DNA from: Piromyces finnis finn
Taxonomy: Eukaryota; Fungi; Neocallimastigomycota
DNA length: 64,000 bases
Assembly: GCA_002104945.1 (NCBI GenBank)
Contig: MCFH01000056.1
Coordinates: forward strand, 295,039-359,038
Direction: 5' to 3'
Shown: positions 14,228-26,800 of the stretch, in pieces
Position numbering within the stretch: position 1 is the first letter of the stretch
Layout of the letters: the number at the start of each line of letters is the position of its first letter
Notes under the pieces: model-generated
Databases searched by the model: none
What the model was told of the DNA's origin: nothing
Seen by the model: only the letters and a program-made list of their open reading frames with translations
Translations under genes and position numbers: made by a program

Positions 14228-14705
14228 CTAAACAGATAGTTACGAATACGTTAGGGTATCAAGAAGAAATAGAAGAACTTTTGGGAAGATTCTACTAGGA
14301 CAAATAGAAGAATTCTACTAGAAGAAATATAAGAACTTTTTGGAAAACTCTACTTGAAGAAATAGAAGAAATTTTTGAATATTTTGCTAAGGCTACCTAA
14401 GGAAGATTATCAAGAACTTTGGGATATTCTACCGGACTACAAGAATACTTTAATCAATCGGAACGCTTCACCGAATAATTCGTATTTGAAAAGGACTATT
14501 ACTACGGCTGAAGTTTGGAATTAACATTAGTTAATAACTTGTTCGACACTGTAATTATACAGAGAGAGTCTGTAATAACTTATTAACTTATTGTTAGAAG
14601 ACGAAAAAAAAAAAAAAAAAAAAAAAAAATTTACTTACTTGAAATAATAGTAAGAAACCCTCGTTATTTTACTTAATTTTAATTTTATGTGTTTTTGTAT
14701 TAGAG

Positions 14706-17700
14706 TTGGAGGAATTAATTAATACTTTTGATAATTTAAATTTAGAAGAAATGGAAGAAAGAGGTGGTGGTTCTACAGTAAATCCAGGGAACATTATCAA
14801 TGCTCCTCCGTTGTTTACTGGTAGACATAGAGATTTAGATGGGTTTTTAACTAGAGTAGAATTGGTATTTCGAACTCGACCGGCACTGTATAATACAGAT
14901 CGCGTCCGGGTTGATTTCGTTATTTCCTACTTCTCTGGTAGACCCCTGGAATGGGCATCATCGCTTATGAGGAATAATAGTAATGTATTGAACCATTATG
15001 ATGAATTTATAGATCGCCTCAGAGCTAATTTCGGTAGTGATCGATATGACACTGTTGTTGCAAACGGTAAACTCGATAACATTAGACAAAGAAAACTTGG
15101 TCAAGTAGTTGATTATATCACCGAGTTTCAACGAGTTAGCCAAAATTCCAACTTTAACGAAAGTGCTAAGATCTATATGTTTCTGAAAGGTTTAAATCCA
15201 TTACTTAGAGAGAAATTGGCGTTTGTCGAAACAAACCCGTCATCTATGGAACATTTAATATCCTCAACAATATTAGTTGAAGATATGATGAAAAGGAATT
15301 CTTTGAGTGAGTTTTATTTTAATAATAGAAGGGCTAATGATCCTATGGATGTTGACGTTTTTAGAATTAGTGCTGATAAGAAGCGTAAACGTTATGTAAA
15401 TATTCAAGGAACTAGTAATAATTATGATGAGAGCCCAAGAACGTTTGAAGAAGAAAGGAGAAAGGGGGTTTGTTTTTTGTGTAAAAAACCTGGACATTTT
15501 AAATTTAATTGTCCAAATAGAGTAAAACCCAAGAAGGTTTTTAGAATAATTAAAGAAAAAACTCCTAAGATTGTTGAACCGAAAATTTATAAAGTAGGAG
15601 TAATGGACAAAAAAGATGATTTGAATTTTATTGACTTTTATTTAAGTACTAACGAGGTCCCCGAAGCAAAAATCAAGGTGTTGATTGATTCTGGTTCCGA
15701 GTTAAATTTTATTAACCCGGATATTGCTGAGGATCTTGGCATTAAATTTGAGAATATTGACCCATTCCGTGTTTCCGGAGTCAATGATGGAATTTCCAGA
15801 GTCTGGGAAAAGTCGGAGAAATGTATGCTAAGATATAGGAACCATTATGAAGTTATTCAGCTGTATAGCTTAAAGGTTCCTGGAGTTGATGTTATTCTTG
15901 GGTTACCTTGGATCAAAAAGCATAATCCTGAAGCTTTTTATGATCCTAAGAAAATTGCTTTTAGTTCCGGTTATTGTGCTAGACACTGTAACCAAGGTAA
16001 AAGAAGAAGGAAGCAAAGAAAGAAGTCTCAAAAAAGCCAGCTAGATCATGATGTTCTTGACCGAAGTTTAACTAAAACAGTAAAATCTGTCTCTACAGCC
16101 CCTTTAAAAAACCCTGAAGAAAAGGAGTATATTAAAGGCCGCCTTGTTAGAACCATTAATGATGAAGATGATAGCGATGAGGAATATATTAGTTTTAATA
16201 AAAAAGTTAAATGTATTGTAACGAAAATTAATGAAACATGTAATAATAATAATGAATCATGTAGTAATAATAATAATAATAATGAAAAGGATATTAATAA
16301 AGATAAATTGGTCTCCGTACCAACCCAATATTTAGAATTTAGTGAAGTGTTTAATGAAAAAAATTGTGAAGTGTTACCTCCTCATAGACCTTATGATTGT
16401 GAAATCAAACTTAAAGATGATTCGACTTTATTTTATGGACCTTTGTATCCATTAACTGAAGTTGAAAGAGAGGAACTTAAAAAATATATTGATGATAATT
16501 TAAATAAAGGTTTTATTAGGAAATCATCGTCTCCTGCTGGTGCCCCAATTTTGTTTGTTAAAAAGAAGGACGGTTCCTTAAGACTTTGTATTGATTATAG
16601 AAGGTTGAATGATATTACAATTCGTAATTCATATCCTTTACCTTTAATAAGTGACCTTTTGGATAGGGTGAAAAATGCTAAGATTTTTACCAAACTAGAC
16701 CTTAAATCCGCTTATAATCTTGTTCGTATTAAAGAAGGTGATGAATACAAAACGGCTTTTCGTACTAGGTATGGTCATTTTGAATATCTGGTTATGCCTT
16801 TTGGATTAAAGAATGCACCTGCAACCTTTCAACACTTTATTAACGATGTTCTTAGTGATTATTTAGATGATTTTGTTATCTCATATATTGATGATATCCT
16901 TATTTATTCTAATAATATCGAAGAGCATCACGAGCATGTTAAAAAGGTACTTAAGAAACTACTCGAAAATAATCTTTATGTTAAATTAGAAAAATGTGAG
17001 TTTGATGTTAAGAAAACCACTTTTCTTGGTTATGTCATTTCAAAAGATGGGTTGCAAATGGATGAAAATAAAGTTAAAGCAATTCTCGATTGGCCGGTTC
17101 CCAAGAATGTTAAAGAGGTTCAGTCTTTTATTGGTCTATGTAACTATTACAGAATTTTTATTAAAGACTTTGCTAAAATTGCAAACCCTCTTCACAAGCT
17201 CACTAGAAAAAATGTTGCTTTTAACTGGGTGAAAGAAGATCAGGACGCTTTTAATTTATTAAAAACTTTGTTCACGTCAGCTCCTATTCTGAAACATGCG
17301 GATAGTAATAAACAATTTATTGTTGAAACTGATGCTAGTAATTATGCTGTCGGTGCTATTCTCTCTCAAGAGTTTGACGGCAAATTACATCCCATTGCAT
17401 TTCTTTCTAAAAGTTTGACGAGTTGTCAAAGAAACTATCCTATATATGACAAGGAACTGTTAGCCATTATAGTTGCACTTGAAGAATGGCGTCATTACTT
17501 AGAGGGTGCACGCCATCAGTTCATAATTTATACCGATCACAAGAACTTAACATTTCCTAGAAAACCTGAAATGTTATCTCAGAGACAAATTAGATGGAAT
17601 TTGTTCTTATCCAGATTTGACTTTAAACTCATTTATAGAGCTGGTAAGAAATCTGGTAAGCCTGACATTCTGTCTCGTAGAAGTGATCATTTAGTGAATG

Positions 17701-19310
17701 TTATTAACTCTGATGTTTCTTGTCTTACTATTTCGCTTCATCATAGTGATAACAAACCTTTAATAGATTCTATTTTATCAGAACTTAAAAATGACGATTT
17801 GTATAATTCCATTGTTCAATTTAAAATGAATGGTTCTACAAGTAATGCACCTATTAAAAATATTGATAAAGTTATTATTGACGGTGAAGGATTTTTGTTA
17901 TTTAATAATCTTATTTATGTTCCTAAATCTCTTAGGACTAGAGTTTTGGAACTCCATCATGATTCTGTTGCTGCTGGCCATTTCGGCATTAAGAAAACTG
18001 TCGAACTTATTTCAAGAAACTTTTGGTGGCCAAGATTTCATTCAGATGTTAAATCCTTTATTAAATCTTGCGTGACTTGTTGCAAATCCAAAGTCCCTAG
18101 ACATAAGCCTTATGGATTGTTATCCCCTTTGGACACTCCTAGTAGGCCTTGGTCTGATATCTCTATCGACTTTATTGTTGATCTTCCTAAGTCCAGAGAT
18201 ATGACTACACTTATGGTTGTTGTCGATAGATTTACTAAATTTGCTCACGCCATTCCTTTACGTTGTCTTCCTACTGCTTCAATTGCTGCTGATGCTTTTA
18301 TTGCCAATGTCTTCCGTTTGCATGGTCTTCCTAATTCCATTATTTCTGATAGAGGCTCGCAATTTACTTCTGCTTTCTGGTCAAGACTTTGTGACCTTCT
18401 TAATATCAATCATTCATTGTCAACTGCTAACCATCCGCAGACAGATGGTCAAACGGAGAGGGTGAACGGCATATTAGAACAATATTTCCGTTGTTTTATC
18501 AATAAAAAGCAGAATAACTGGGTTGATCTTATCCCATTTGCTGAATTTGCTTATAATAATACTTTACAGCAATCTATAAATCAATCCCCATTCTTTGCTA
18601 ATTATGGTTTTCATCCAAAGTTCAGCTTGGAAATCCCGGCTAATGATAGACCTAGTAGAGCTGAACAAAGAGTAATTGATATGAGTGAAAACTTTAAATT
18701 ATTAAAAGGAAACTTAGAAAAAGCAAAAGAAACATATAAGAAATATGCCGATATGAAAAGAATGAGTCCCCCGGAATTTGAAGTGGGAAAGAAGGTATGG
18801 TTATTGAAAGATTCTCCGAGAACTAACTTGAAGAAGAAATTAGCACCTCAAATGCTTGGTCCATTTGAAATAATTGAAAAAGTTAGTTCTCTCGCTTTTA
18901 AATTGAAACTCCCAAAGACAATGAGATGTCATCCAGTCTTTCATGTCTCATTGTTAGAACCATACTTTGAAAACGAGTTTATAGATAGGTCTAATAGTAG
19001 GAAAAGAAATATTCATCTTAGCACAGATTTAATTGAAAAAATTCCAGAAAAAATTGAGAAGATGAAATCTGTTAATGGTGAGACATTTTATAAGTTATCG
19101 TGGAAAGGATTTGACAAATCCACTTGGGTTTCTGAAGATCAGATCCCGGACAAACAATTAATACAAGAGTTCGAAAGAAACTCTAAAAAGTCAAAACATA
19201 AGTTGGATGACTCCTCCATGAGAATAAGAAAGAATAAAGGTGGTAATCTAATCAAGCACAGATACCAACCATTTGTAATTGAAATTCCTTCGAGAAAAGA
19301 TTCCTTATAA
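14706..19310 (+). CDS. Gag-Pol polyprotein of A3, single ORF (Gag-CCHC, PR, RT, RNase H, IN, chromodomain-like); TTG at 14706, first ATG 15 codons later
   Basis: CFLCKKPGHFKFNC, LIDSGS, YIDDIL, VETDAS, integrase D-D-E motifs, LSWKGFDKSTW. Confidence 0.95.
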   Translation: MEELINTFDNLNLEEMEERGGGSTVNPGNIINAPPLFTGRHRDLDGFLTRVELVFRTRPALYNTDRVRVDFVISYFSGRPLEWASSLMRNNSNVLNHYDEFIDRLRANFGSDRYDTVVANGKLDNIRQRKLGQVVDYITEFQRVSQNSNFNESAKIYMFLKGLNPLLREKLAFVETNPSSMEHLISSTILVEDMMKRNSLSEFYFNNRRANDPMDVDVFRISADKKRKRYVNIQGTSNNYDESPRTFEEERRKGVCFLCKKPGHFKFNCPNRVKPKKVFRIIKEKTPKIVEPKIYKVGVMDKKDDLNFIDFYLSTNEVPEAKIKVLIDSGSELNFINPDIAEDLGIKFENIDPFRVSGVNDGISRVWEKSEKCMLRYRNHYEVIQLYSLKVPGVDVILGLPWIKKHNPEAFYDPKKIAFSSGYCARHCNQGKRRRKQRKKSQKSQLDHDVLDRSLTKTVKSVSTAPLKNPEEKEYIKGRLVRTINDEDDSDEEYISFNKKVKCIVTKINETCNNNNESCSNNNNNNEKDINKDKLVSVPTQYLEFSEVFNEKNCEVLPPHRPYDCEIKLKDDSTLFYGPLYPLTEVEREELKKYIDDNLNKGFIRKSSSPAGAPILFVKKKDGSLRLCIDYRRLNDITIRNSYPLPLISDLLDRVKNAKIFTKLDLKSAYNLVRIKEGDEYKTAFRTRYGHFEYLVMPFGLKNAPATFQHFINDVLSDYLDDFVISYIDDILIYSNNIEEHHEHVKKVLKKLLENNLYVKLEKCEFDVKKTTFLGYVISKDGLQMDENKVKAILDWPVPKNVKEVQSFIGLCNYYRIFIKDFAKIANPLHKLTRKNVAFNWVKEDQDAFNLLKTLFTSAPILKHADSNKQFIVETDASNYAVGAILSQEFDGKLHPIAFLSKSLTSCQRNYPIYDKELLAIIVALEEWRHYLEGARHQFIIYTDHKNLTFPRKPEMLSQRQIRWNLFLSRFDFKLIYRAGKKSGKPDILSRRSDHLVNVINSDVSCLTISLHHSDNKPLIDSILSELKNDDLYNSIVQFKMNGSTSNAPIKNIDKVIIDGEGFLLFNNLIYVPKSLRTRVLELHHDSVAAGHFGIKKTVELISRNFWWPRFHSDVKSFIKSCVTCCKSKVPRHKPYGLLSPLDTPSRPWSDISIDFIVDLPKSRDMTTLMVVVDRFTKFAHAIPLRCLPTASIAADAFIANVFRLHGLPNSIISDRGSQFTSAFWSRLCDLLNINHSLSTANHPQTDGQTERVNGILEQYFRCFINKKQNNWVDLIPFAEFAYNNTLQQSINQSPFFANYGFHPKFSLEIPANDRPSRAEQRVIDMSENFKLLKGNLEKAKETYKKYADMKRMSPPEFEVGKKVWLLKDSPRTNLKKKLAPQMLGPFEIIEKVSSLAFKLKLPKTMRCHPVFHVSLLEPYFENEFIDRSNSRKRNIHLSTDLIEKIPEKIEKMKSVNGETFYKLSWKGFDKSTWVSEDQIPDKQLIQEFERNSKKSKHKLDDSSMRIRKNKGGNLIKHRYQPFVIEIPSRKDSL

Positions 19311-19952
19311 ATTAATCTCGCAGGAGCTCGACTTAGAGAGAGAGATTGTAAAGACATCAAACGCCTCTGTTTGATATCTTTAATGTAACTTAAGCCACAA
19401 GTATTATTGTTTAAGTTACACAAATTATATTCAGAAAAAGAAAATGAGACATAATTTATTTATTAATAATTAAAGTTTAAAACAAAATAAATTATTAATT
19501 TATTTTTAATGTTTAACAAGTAAATTAATATTCTCAATTTAAATCCCTAATTTTAGTATTGTTTTTTTATAGAAATAGATAAATAATAAATGATTAATAT
19601 ATCAATAATACATGGGCACATATTCAAATTAAATGGTACTTAATTTGAATTGCCAATTGTATTTTACTAAAAATAGTTATAGTTTAAATATTTATTAATA
19701 ATTAAGATTTTAGTGTAGATTTTAAATAATAATATATAAGAAATAAATAGCTATAATATAATATAAATGTATTTAGGAAAAATATAAATAGAAGATATTT
19801 TTCATCATTTTATCGATGTAATTGTTATTATTAAAATTCTATTATAATAAAAGATATTTTATAAAACAATTTTTTATTCTATTTTTCAAATTTTTGTGTT
19901 ATTGTAATAGGTTAGATATCCTAATCTATTCGGTTTAGTGTCTGACTTTACA

Positions 19953-22817
19953 CTGAGATAACATTTCAGGTTTTCTAGGAAATGTTAAATTCTTGTGATC
20001 AGTATAAATTATGAACGGATGGCGTGCACCTTCTAAATAATGACGCCATTCTTCAAGAGCAACTACAATAGCTAAAAGTTCCTTGTCATATATAGGATAG
20101 TTTCTTTGACAACTCGTCAAACTTTTAGAAAGAAATGCAATAGGATGTAATTTGCCATCAAATTCTTGAGAGAGAATAGCACCGACAGCATAATTACTAG
20201 CATCAGTTTCAACAATAAATTGTTTATTACTATCCGCATGTTTCAGAATAGGAGCTGACGTGAACAGAGATTTTAATAAAATAAAAGCGTCCTGATCTTC
20301 TTTCACCCAGTTAAAAGCAACATTCTTTCTAGTGAGTTTGTGAAGAGGGTTTGCAATTTTAGCAAAGTCTTTAATAAAAATTCTGTAATAGTTGCATAAA
20401 CCAATAAAAGACTGAACCTCTTTAACATTCTTGGGAACCGGCCAATCGAGAATTGCTTTAACTTTAATTTCATCCATTTGCAATCCATCCTTTGAAATGA
20501 CATAACCAAGAAAAGTGGTTTTCTCAACATCAAACTCACATTTTTCTAATTTAACATAAAGATTATTTTCAAGTAGTTTCTTAAGTACCTTTTTAACATG
20601 CTCATGATGTTCTTCGATATTATTAGAATAAATAAGAATATCATCAATATATGAGATAACAAAATCGTCTAAATAGTCACTAAGGACATCGTTAATGAAG
20701 TGTTGAAAAGTTGCAGGTGCATTCTTTAATCCAAAAGGCATAACCAGATATTCAAAATGTCCATATCTAGTACGAAAAGCCGTTTTGTATTCGTCACCTT
20801 CTTTAATACGAACAAGATTATAAGCGGATTTAAGGTCTAATTTAGTAAAAATCTTAGCATTTTTCACCCTATCCAAAAGGTCACTAATTAAAGGTAAAGG
20901 ATATGAATTACGAATGGTAATATCATTCAACTTTCTATAATCGATACAAAGTCTTAGGGAGCCATCCTTCTTTTTAACAAATAAAATTGGGGCACCAGCA
21001 GGAGACGATGATTTCCTAATAAAACCTTTATTTAAATTATCATCAATATATTTTTTAAGTTCCTCTCTTTCAACTTCAGTTAATGGATACAAAGGTCCAT
21101 AAAATAAAGTCGAATCATCTTTAAGTTTGATTTCACAATCATAAGGTCTATGAGGAGGTAACACTTCACAATTTTTTTCATTAAACACTTCACTAAATTC
21201 TAAATATTGGGTTGGTACGGCGACCAATTTATCTTTATTAATATCTTTTCCATTATTATTATTATTACTACATGATTCGTTATCATTATTACATGTTTCA
21301 TTAATTTTTGTTACAATACATTTAACTTTTTTATTAAAACTAATATATTCATCATCGCTATCATCTTCATCATTGATGGTTCTAACAAGGCGGCCTTTAA
21401 CATATTCTTTTTCTTCATTGTTTGGGACAGAGGGATCTACTTTCGGCTTTTTGGTCAAGCTTCGGTCGAGAACATCATGATCTAACTGATCATTCTTTGA
21501 CTTCTTTCTTGGTTTTCTCTTTCTTTTGCCTTTATTACAATGTCTGGCACAATAACCAGAACTAAAAGCGATTTTCTTAGAGTCATAGAAAGCATTTGGA
21601 TTATGCTTCTTTATCCACGGCAAACCAAGAATAACATCAACACCGGGGACTTGTAATCCATAAAGTTGAATTACTTCGAAGTGATTTTTGCAGCGGAGCA
21701 TGCACTTCTCAGTCCTTTCCCAAACACTAACAACTCCATCACTAACACCTGAAACACGGAATGGTTCCACTTTTTCCAAATTAATACCAAGTTCTTCAGC
21801 AAGACTTGGATTAATGAAATTTAATTCAGAACCGGAATCAATTAAAACCTTAATTTTAACTTCCGAAACTTCATTGGTACTCAAGTAAAAGTCCACAAGG
21901 TTTAAATCACTTTTCACTCCCTTGACTCCAACTTTGTAAATTTTTGGATTAACAATTTTTGGAGTCCTTTCTTTAACAATTCTTAACACTTTTCTGGGCT
22001 TTACTCTATTAGGACAATTAAATTTTAAATGTCCCGGTTGTTTACAAAGAAAACATAACCCTTTTTTCTTTTCTTCTTCAAAGTTATCTATGTTTTCATT
22101 GTAATTTTTACTTGATCCTTGAATATTCACATACCTTTTTCGTTTATTCTCTCTACTAATTTTAAATACATCCACATCCATAGGATCATTAGCCCTTCTA
22201 TCATTAAAATAAAATTCACTTAAAGAATTCCTTTTCATCATATCTTCAACTAAAATAGTTGAAGAAATCAATTGTTCAATTGAAGTTGGGTTTGATTCAA
22301 TGAAAGCCAACTTCTCCCTAAGTGGTGGTAATAAACCTTTCAGAAACATGTAGATTTTTGCGCTATCATTAAAGCTTGAATTTTGGCTAATACGTTGAAA
22401 CTCGGTAATGTAATCTAATACCTGACCAAGTTTCCTTTGGCGAAGATTATCTAATTTTCCGTTAGCTACAACGGTATCGTATCTATAACTGCCAAAATTA
22501 GCCTTCAACCTATCTACAAATTCATCATAATGATTTAAAACCCCACTATTATTCTTCATCAACACTGAAGCCCATTCCAAAGGTTTACCAGAGAAGTATG
22601 ATATAACGAAGTCGACCTTGACTCGATCTGTATTATACAGTGTCGGTCGAGTACGAAATACCAACTCAACTCTGGTTAAAAATCCATCCAATTCTCTTTG
22701 TTTACCAGAAAATATCGGTGGAGCATTAATAATGTTCCCCGAATTCCCAGAAACACCCACAGTCCTATCACCCATCTCTAAATTTAAACTTTCAAACTCA
22801 CTAATTAAGGCCTCCAA
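19953..22817 (-). pseudogene. A2 gag-PR-RT-RNase H, cut by the A3 insertion
   Basis: ORF 19935-22817 contains CFLCKQPGHLKFNC, LIDSGS and YIDDIL. It reads into the A3 LTR after EMLSQ. Confidence 0.93.
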
Positions 22818-23054
22818 CGTAAACTATTAAATAAAATAAAAAATGTTTTCTTACTACTGTTTCAAGTAAGTAATCTTAATTTTTTTTTTTTTTTTTTTTT
22901 TTTTTACACTAATACAATCTATTTAAATACAAAAGTTATTCAAACGCGTTCTGCAAAGCAGTGTCGAACAAGTTTTGTATCTATATATTGATTCCTTCGG
23001 TAGAATTCCTTTAACAAGGGCAGCAACAGAGTTTAACCTATAATTGTTTCAGTA

Positions 23055-23177
23055 ATTCTTCTTCTATGGTAGCAACCAAGTTCTTCTATAAATTCTTCTT
23101 CTGTGGTAGCAACCAAGTACTTCGGTAGATTCTTCTTCTATGGTAGCAACCAAGTTCTTCTATAAATTCTTCTTCTG
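23055..23177. repeat. 37-bp tandem repeat (3.3 units) in the A2 leader
   Basis: ATTCTTCTTCTATGGTAGCAACCAAGTTCTTCTATAA at 23055 and 23129, a variant at 23092, and a partial unit at 23166. Confidence 0.9.
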
Positions 23178-23851
23178 ACAGTAGTAGATATCCTAACGTA
23201 CTCTTGAAGTAGTTAGGTAATTGTTATTGTAATGGCGACACAGAAAGAATAGATTAGGATATCTATTCTATTACAATAACACTAAATTTAAAATAAAAAT
23301 AAAAATTGTTTTATTAAAAATATCTTTTATTATAATAGAATTTTAATAATAACAATTACATCGATAAAATGATGAAAAATATCTTCTATTTATATTTTTC
23401 CTAAATACATTTATATTTGTAATGAGGTATATCTAATGATAAGGGTTAGACTAGAAAATCATTAAGGTTAGATTAATGAAAATTTCATAATTATATTTTT
23501 ATAACCAATCATTAAGTAATTAATTCACTTATCAAATTGTATTAAAAAAAAAATAATTTTCATGTATAAAAGAGAGAATAAGAAAGATAAAATAGTTCTT
23601 TAGTGTTTTTATTAATAATTAATAAAAATTAGTTTTTTTATTTCGTCTTTAGTTTGATAATACACTGACCTAGCGAGTTAGTCGTATTATAATAATAAAT
23701 TTAATAAATAAACATTATTAAAAAAATACATATATTTGATACATTAGAGTGTGTGTGTTTATTATTATAATATTTCGTTACAATAAAAACACTCTAAGAA
23801 AAAGATCGCTACCTCAGTGCCTCGTTTATTTGCTTACTTCTAATTTTTTTT

Positions 23852-26800
23852 ATGGATAACTCTGCTGATTTGAAGAACGGTTTTGATGGCAACCGTCGCT
23901 ACCTGAAGGGATTCTTAGCCAAAATGGACATGATCTTTATGATCCATCCTGAAATAGGAAGGGACGATGGAGAAAAGGTCTTCTACGTCGTTAGTCGCCT
24001 CTACGGGGATGCAATGAATTGGGCTGCTACCTTGATTAACAACCATGATCCTTGCTTACAGGATTATGGCGCCTTTGTTGGAAAGCTGAAGGCTGCTTTT
24101 GGTTTTCAGGATATGGTCTATACTGCCAACCAAAAGCTCAAGAAGATCAAACAACATGGCCTATCCAATACTCAAGAGTATATCAAGGAATTTAACTACT
24201 ATGCTGATGAATCCACTTGGAATGAACAAGCCAAGATGGATGCTTTTGTTGATGGGTTGGACGATAGAATCGCCACCCATATCCTTCAGATGTTTCCTGG
24301 CCCTTCTACCTTGATAAACTTACAAACAATAGCCAGTCGTATAGGAAGTAGATTGGCATGCCACCAAGAGGAAATAAACAGAAGATCCAATAGAAGTTTC
24401 CGTTCTAAACAAAGCTTCCAATCCCGCTCCTCAGAAAGATCTACAAGTAAATCCACTCAGCCCAAGAAGGAAAATAATTTTGGCCCCATTTCAAGTGAAG
24501 AACGTAGCCGCCGAATGAAAGAGAATCTCTGCTTATATTGTGGTAAACCTGGTCACCGATTATCTGAATGCCCTATTAGAACCAAAAAGGAAAACCATAC
24601 TAATAATGCTGGGGTCCATGTTTTGAATGAACAAGAAAAATCCACTCGACTTTCGGATAACTCCTCTTTACCTCAAACTGTTATCGATGTTGATGTTGTT
24701 CTTCCATACAAATCTGTCGGAACTAAAGTTCTCTTAGATAGTGGTTCACAATTCTGTTTGATAGACCACGCCTTTGTTAAGGCCCATGAGATCCCTATAA
24801 TTACCAAAGTAAAATGCCCACAAATTATAGGTATCGGAGGTCACCAAAAGATTATCGGCCAGACTTGGCCTATAACTGTGGAACACATGAATCACTCATG
24901 CCAGTTACAATTTTACGTCGTAGAATTGCCTTCTTACTGTTGTATTCTTGGCTCTGATTGGCTAGCCCTTCACAATCCGACAATCAATTTTGCTAGTAAG
25001 GACGTTTCCTATCATTCTGAATACTGTAAGGAAAATTGCTTAAGGAAAGAATCTGCTAGCTCTACCACTTCTGAACTCGAAGACCAATCGAAGGACGAAA
25101 TGTCAGTTGGAAATACACCTGAATACCCTTTCAATGTATTCACTTGTTTAGAAGAACCTGAAGTTGAGTCACCCCAAATTCCAATTCACTACTCTCAACA
25201 CTCCAAAGTGTTCGAGGAAAGGCTCGCTGATAAACTCCCTCCTCATCGCCCGTACGACTGTGAGATCAACCTGAGACCAAATAGCAACTTGTTTTATGGT
25301 CCAATCTACCGACTTACTGAGAAAGAATCAAAGGTATTAGAAGAAACCATTAATGAAAATTTAAAAAAGGGGTTTATCCGCAAATCCAAATCGCCAGCTG
25401 GTGCTCCCGTTCTGTTTGTCCCGAAGAAGAGTGGAGAACTTCGTATGTGTATCGACTACCGCCGCTTGAACGAAATCACCATTAGGAACTCGTACCCTCT
25501 CCCATTGATCCAAGACATGTTGGATCATCTAGGAAAAGCTAAGGTGTTCTCGAAGCTAGATCTTCGATCCGCCTATAACTTGGTAAAAATCAAAGAAGGC
25601 GATGAATATAAGACCGCCTTCACCTGTCAATTTGGCCATTTCGAATATCTGGTAATGCCTTTCGGTCTCAAGAACGCTCCTGCAGTCTTCCAACATTTTA
25701 TTAACGACGTTCTTGAAGGCATTATCGGTAAATTCGTCTTTTCGTATATTGACGATATTATCATTTTCTCTGATAATATAGCCGAACATCATGAACACGT
25801 CAATGAAGTACTTCGTAGACTCGAAGAAGCCGGACTGTACGCTAAACTTGAAAAATGTCTATTCGACTCTCCTTGTCTTGACTTCCTTGGTCATAGAATC
25901 TCTGCCTCTGGTATCGGAATGGACCCTAATAAGGTGAAAGCCATTGCGGAATGGCCGACTCCTAAATCGGTCCATGAACTACAATCTTTCCTAGGCTTAG
26001 CCAACTATTATCGTAGATTTATTCCTGGCTTTGCTAAGATTGCTCACCCACTCCACCAACTTTGCAAGAAGAACACCGCCTTCGTTTGGAACGATACCGC
26101 TCAAGATGCTTTTGATGCTTTGGTTAAGCATTTTATTAGTCAGCCTATCCTTGCATATCCTGATGTTGACCTACCTTTCGTTGTCGAAACCGATGCAAGT
26201 AACTTCGCCATAGGTGCTGTATTGTCTCAAGTCAACAAGTCCGACAATATTCTTCACCCTGTTGCGTTCTTTTCTAGATCCCTTACAAACCCGGAGAAGA
26301 ACTACCCTATCTATGATAAAGAACTTTTGGCTATCGTCGCGTCCTTAGAAGTGTGGAGACATTTTTTGAAAGGTGCGAATCATCCTTTCAAAATTATATC
26401 AGACCACAGAAACCTCCTTTTTCAGAAGAAACCGGAGAAGATGACTTAGAGATTAATTAGATGGTCCCTTTTCCTTGCTGAATTCGATTTTGTCATTGAA
26501 TATCGCCCTGGTTCCTCGAACGGGAAAACCGATGCCTTGTCAAGAAGACCTGACTATCTTGATCACTCTTGCAATTCCGATTCTAATAACTCTGTCTTTC
26601 GTCCCGAAAATTTCAGCTCCTGCTTTGCTTCATCCACTCCTTCTTCTCTTCTTGAAAAAATTGCTCTCTCTTGTAAACTTGACAAATTCTTCATTGAGAC
26701 TTCTAATCAACTTCTCAATGATAATTGTTCTTCTGACTACAAACTTAGTAACAACGTCCTCCTTTTCCAAGATAAAATCTATGTTCCTAATGATTGCCGA

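Larger units (their letters stand above)
13611..19952 (+). mobile_element. Intact Ty3/Gypsy chromovirus A3 (6,342 bp; 606-bp LTRs 13611-14216 and 19347-19952; TSD CTGAG)
   Basis: CTGAG at 13606-13610 and 19953-19957. The LTRs differ at one position I could find (CCCTAG vs CCCTAA). PPT AGAGAGAGAGAT before 19347. Single intact ORF. Confidence 0.97.

Noticed and set aside
23055-23177. CRISPR-like array
   Set aside because: The units are contiguous tandem repeats without unique spacers, inside a eukaryotic retrotransposon leader.
26447-26449. Programmed stop-codon readthrough in element B
   Set aside because: The stop lies at the end of RNase H rather than at the gag-pol junction and aligns with Gln in element C, so a point mutation is more likely.
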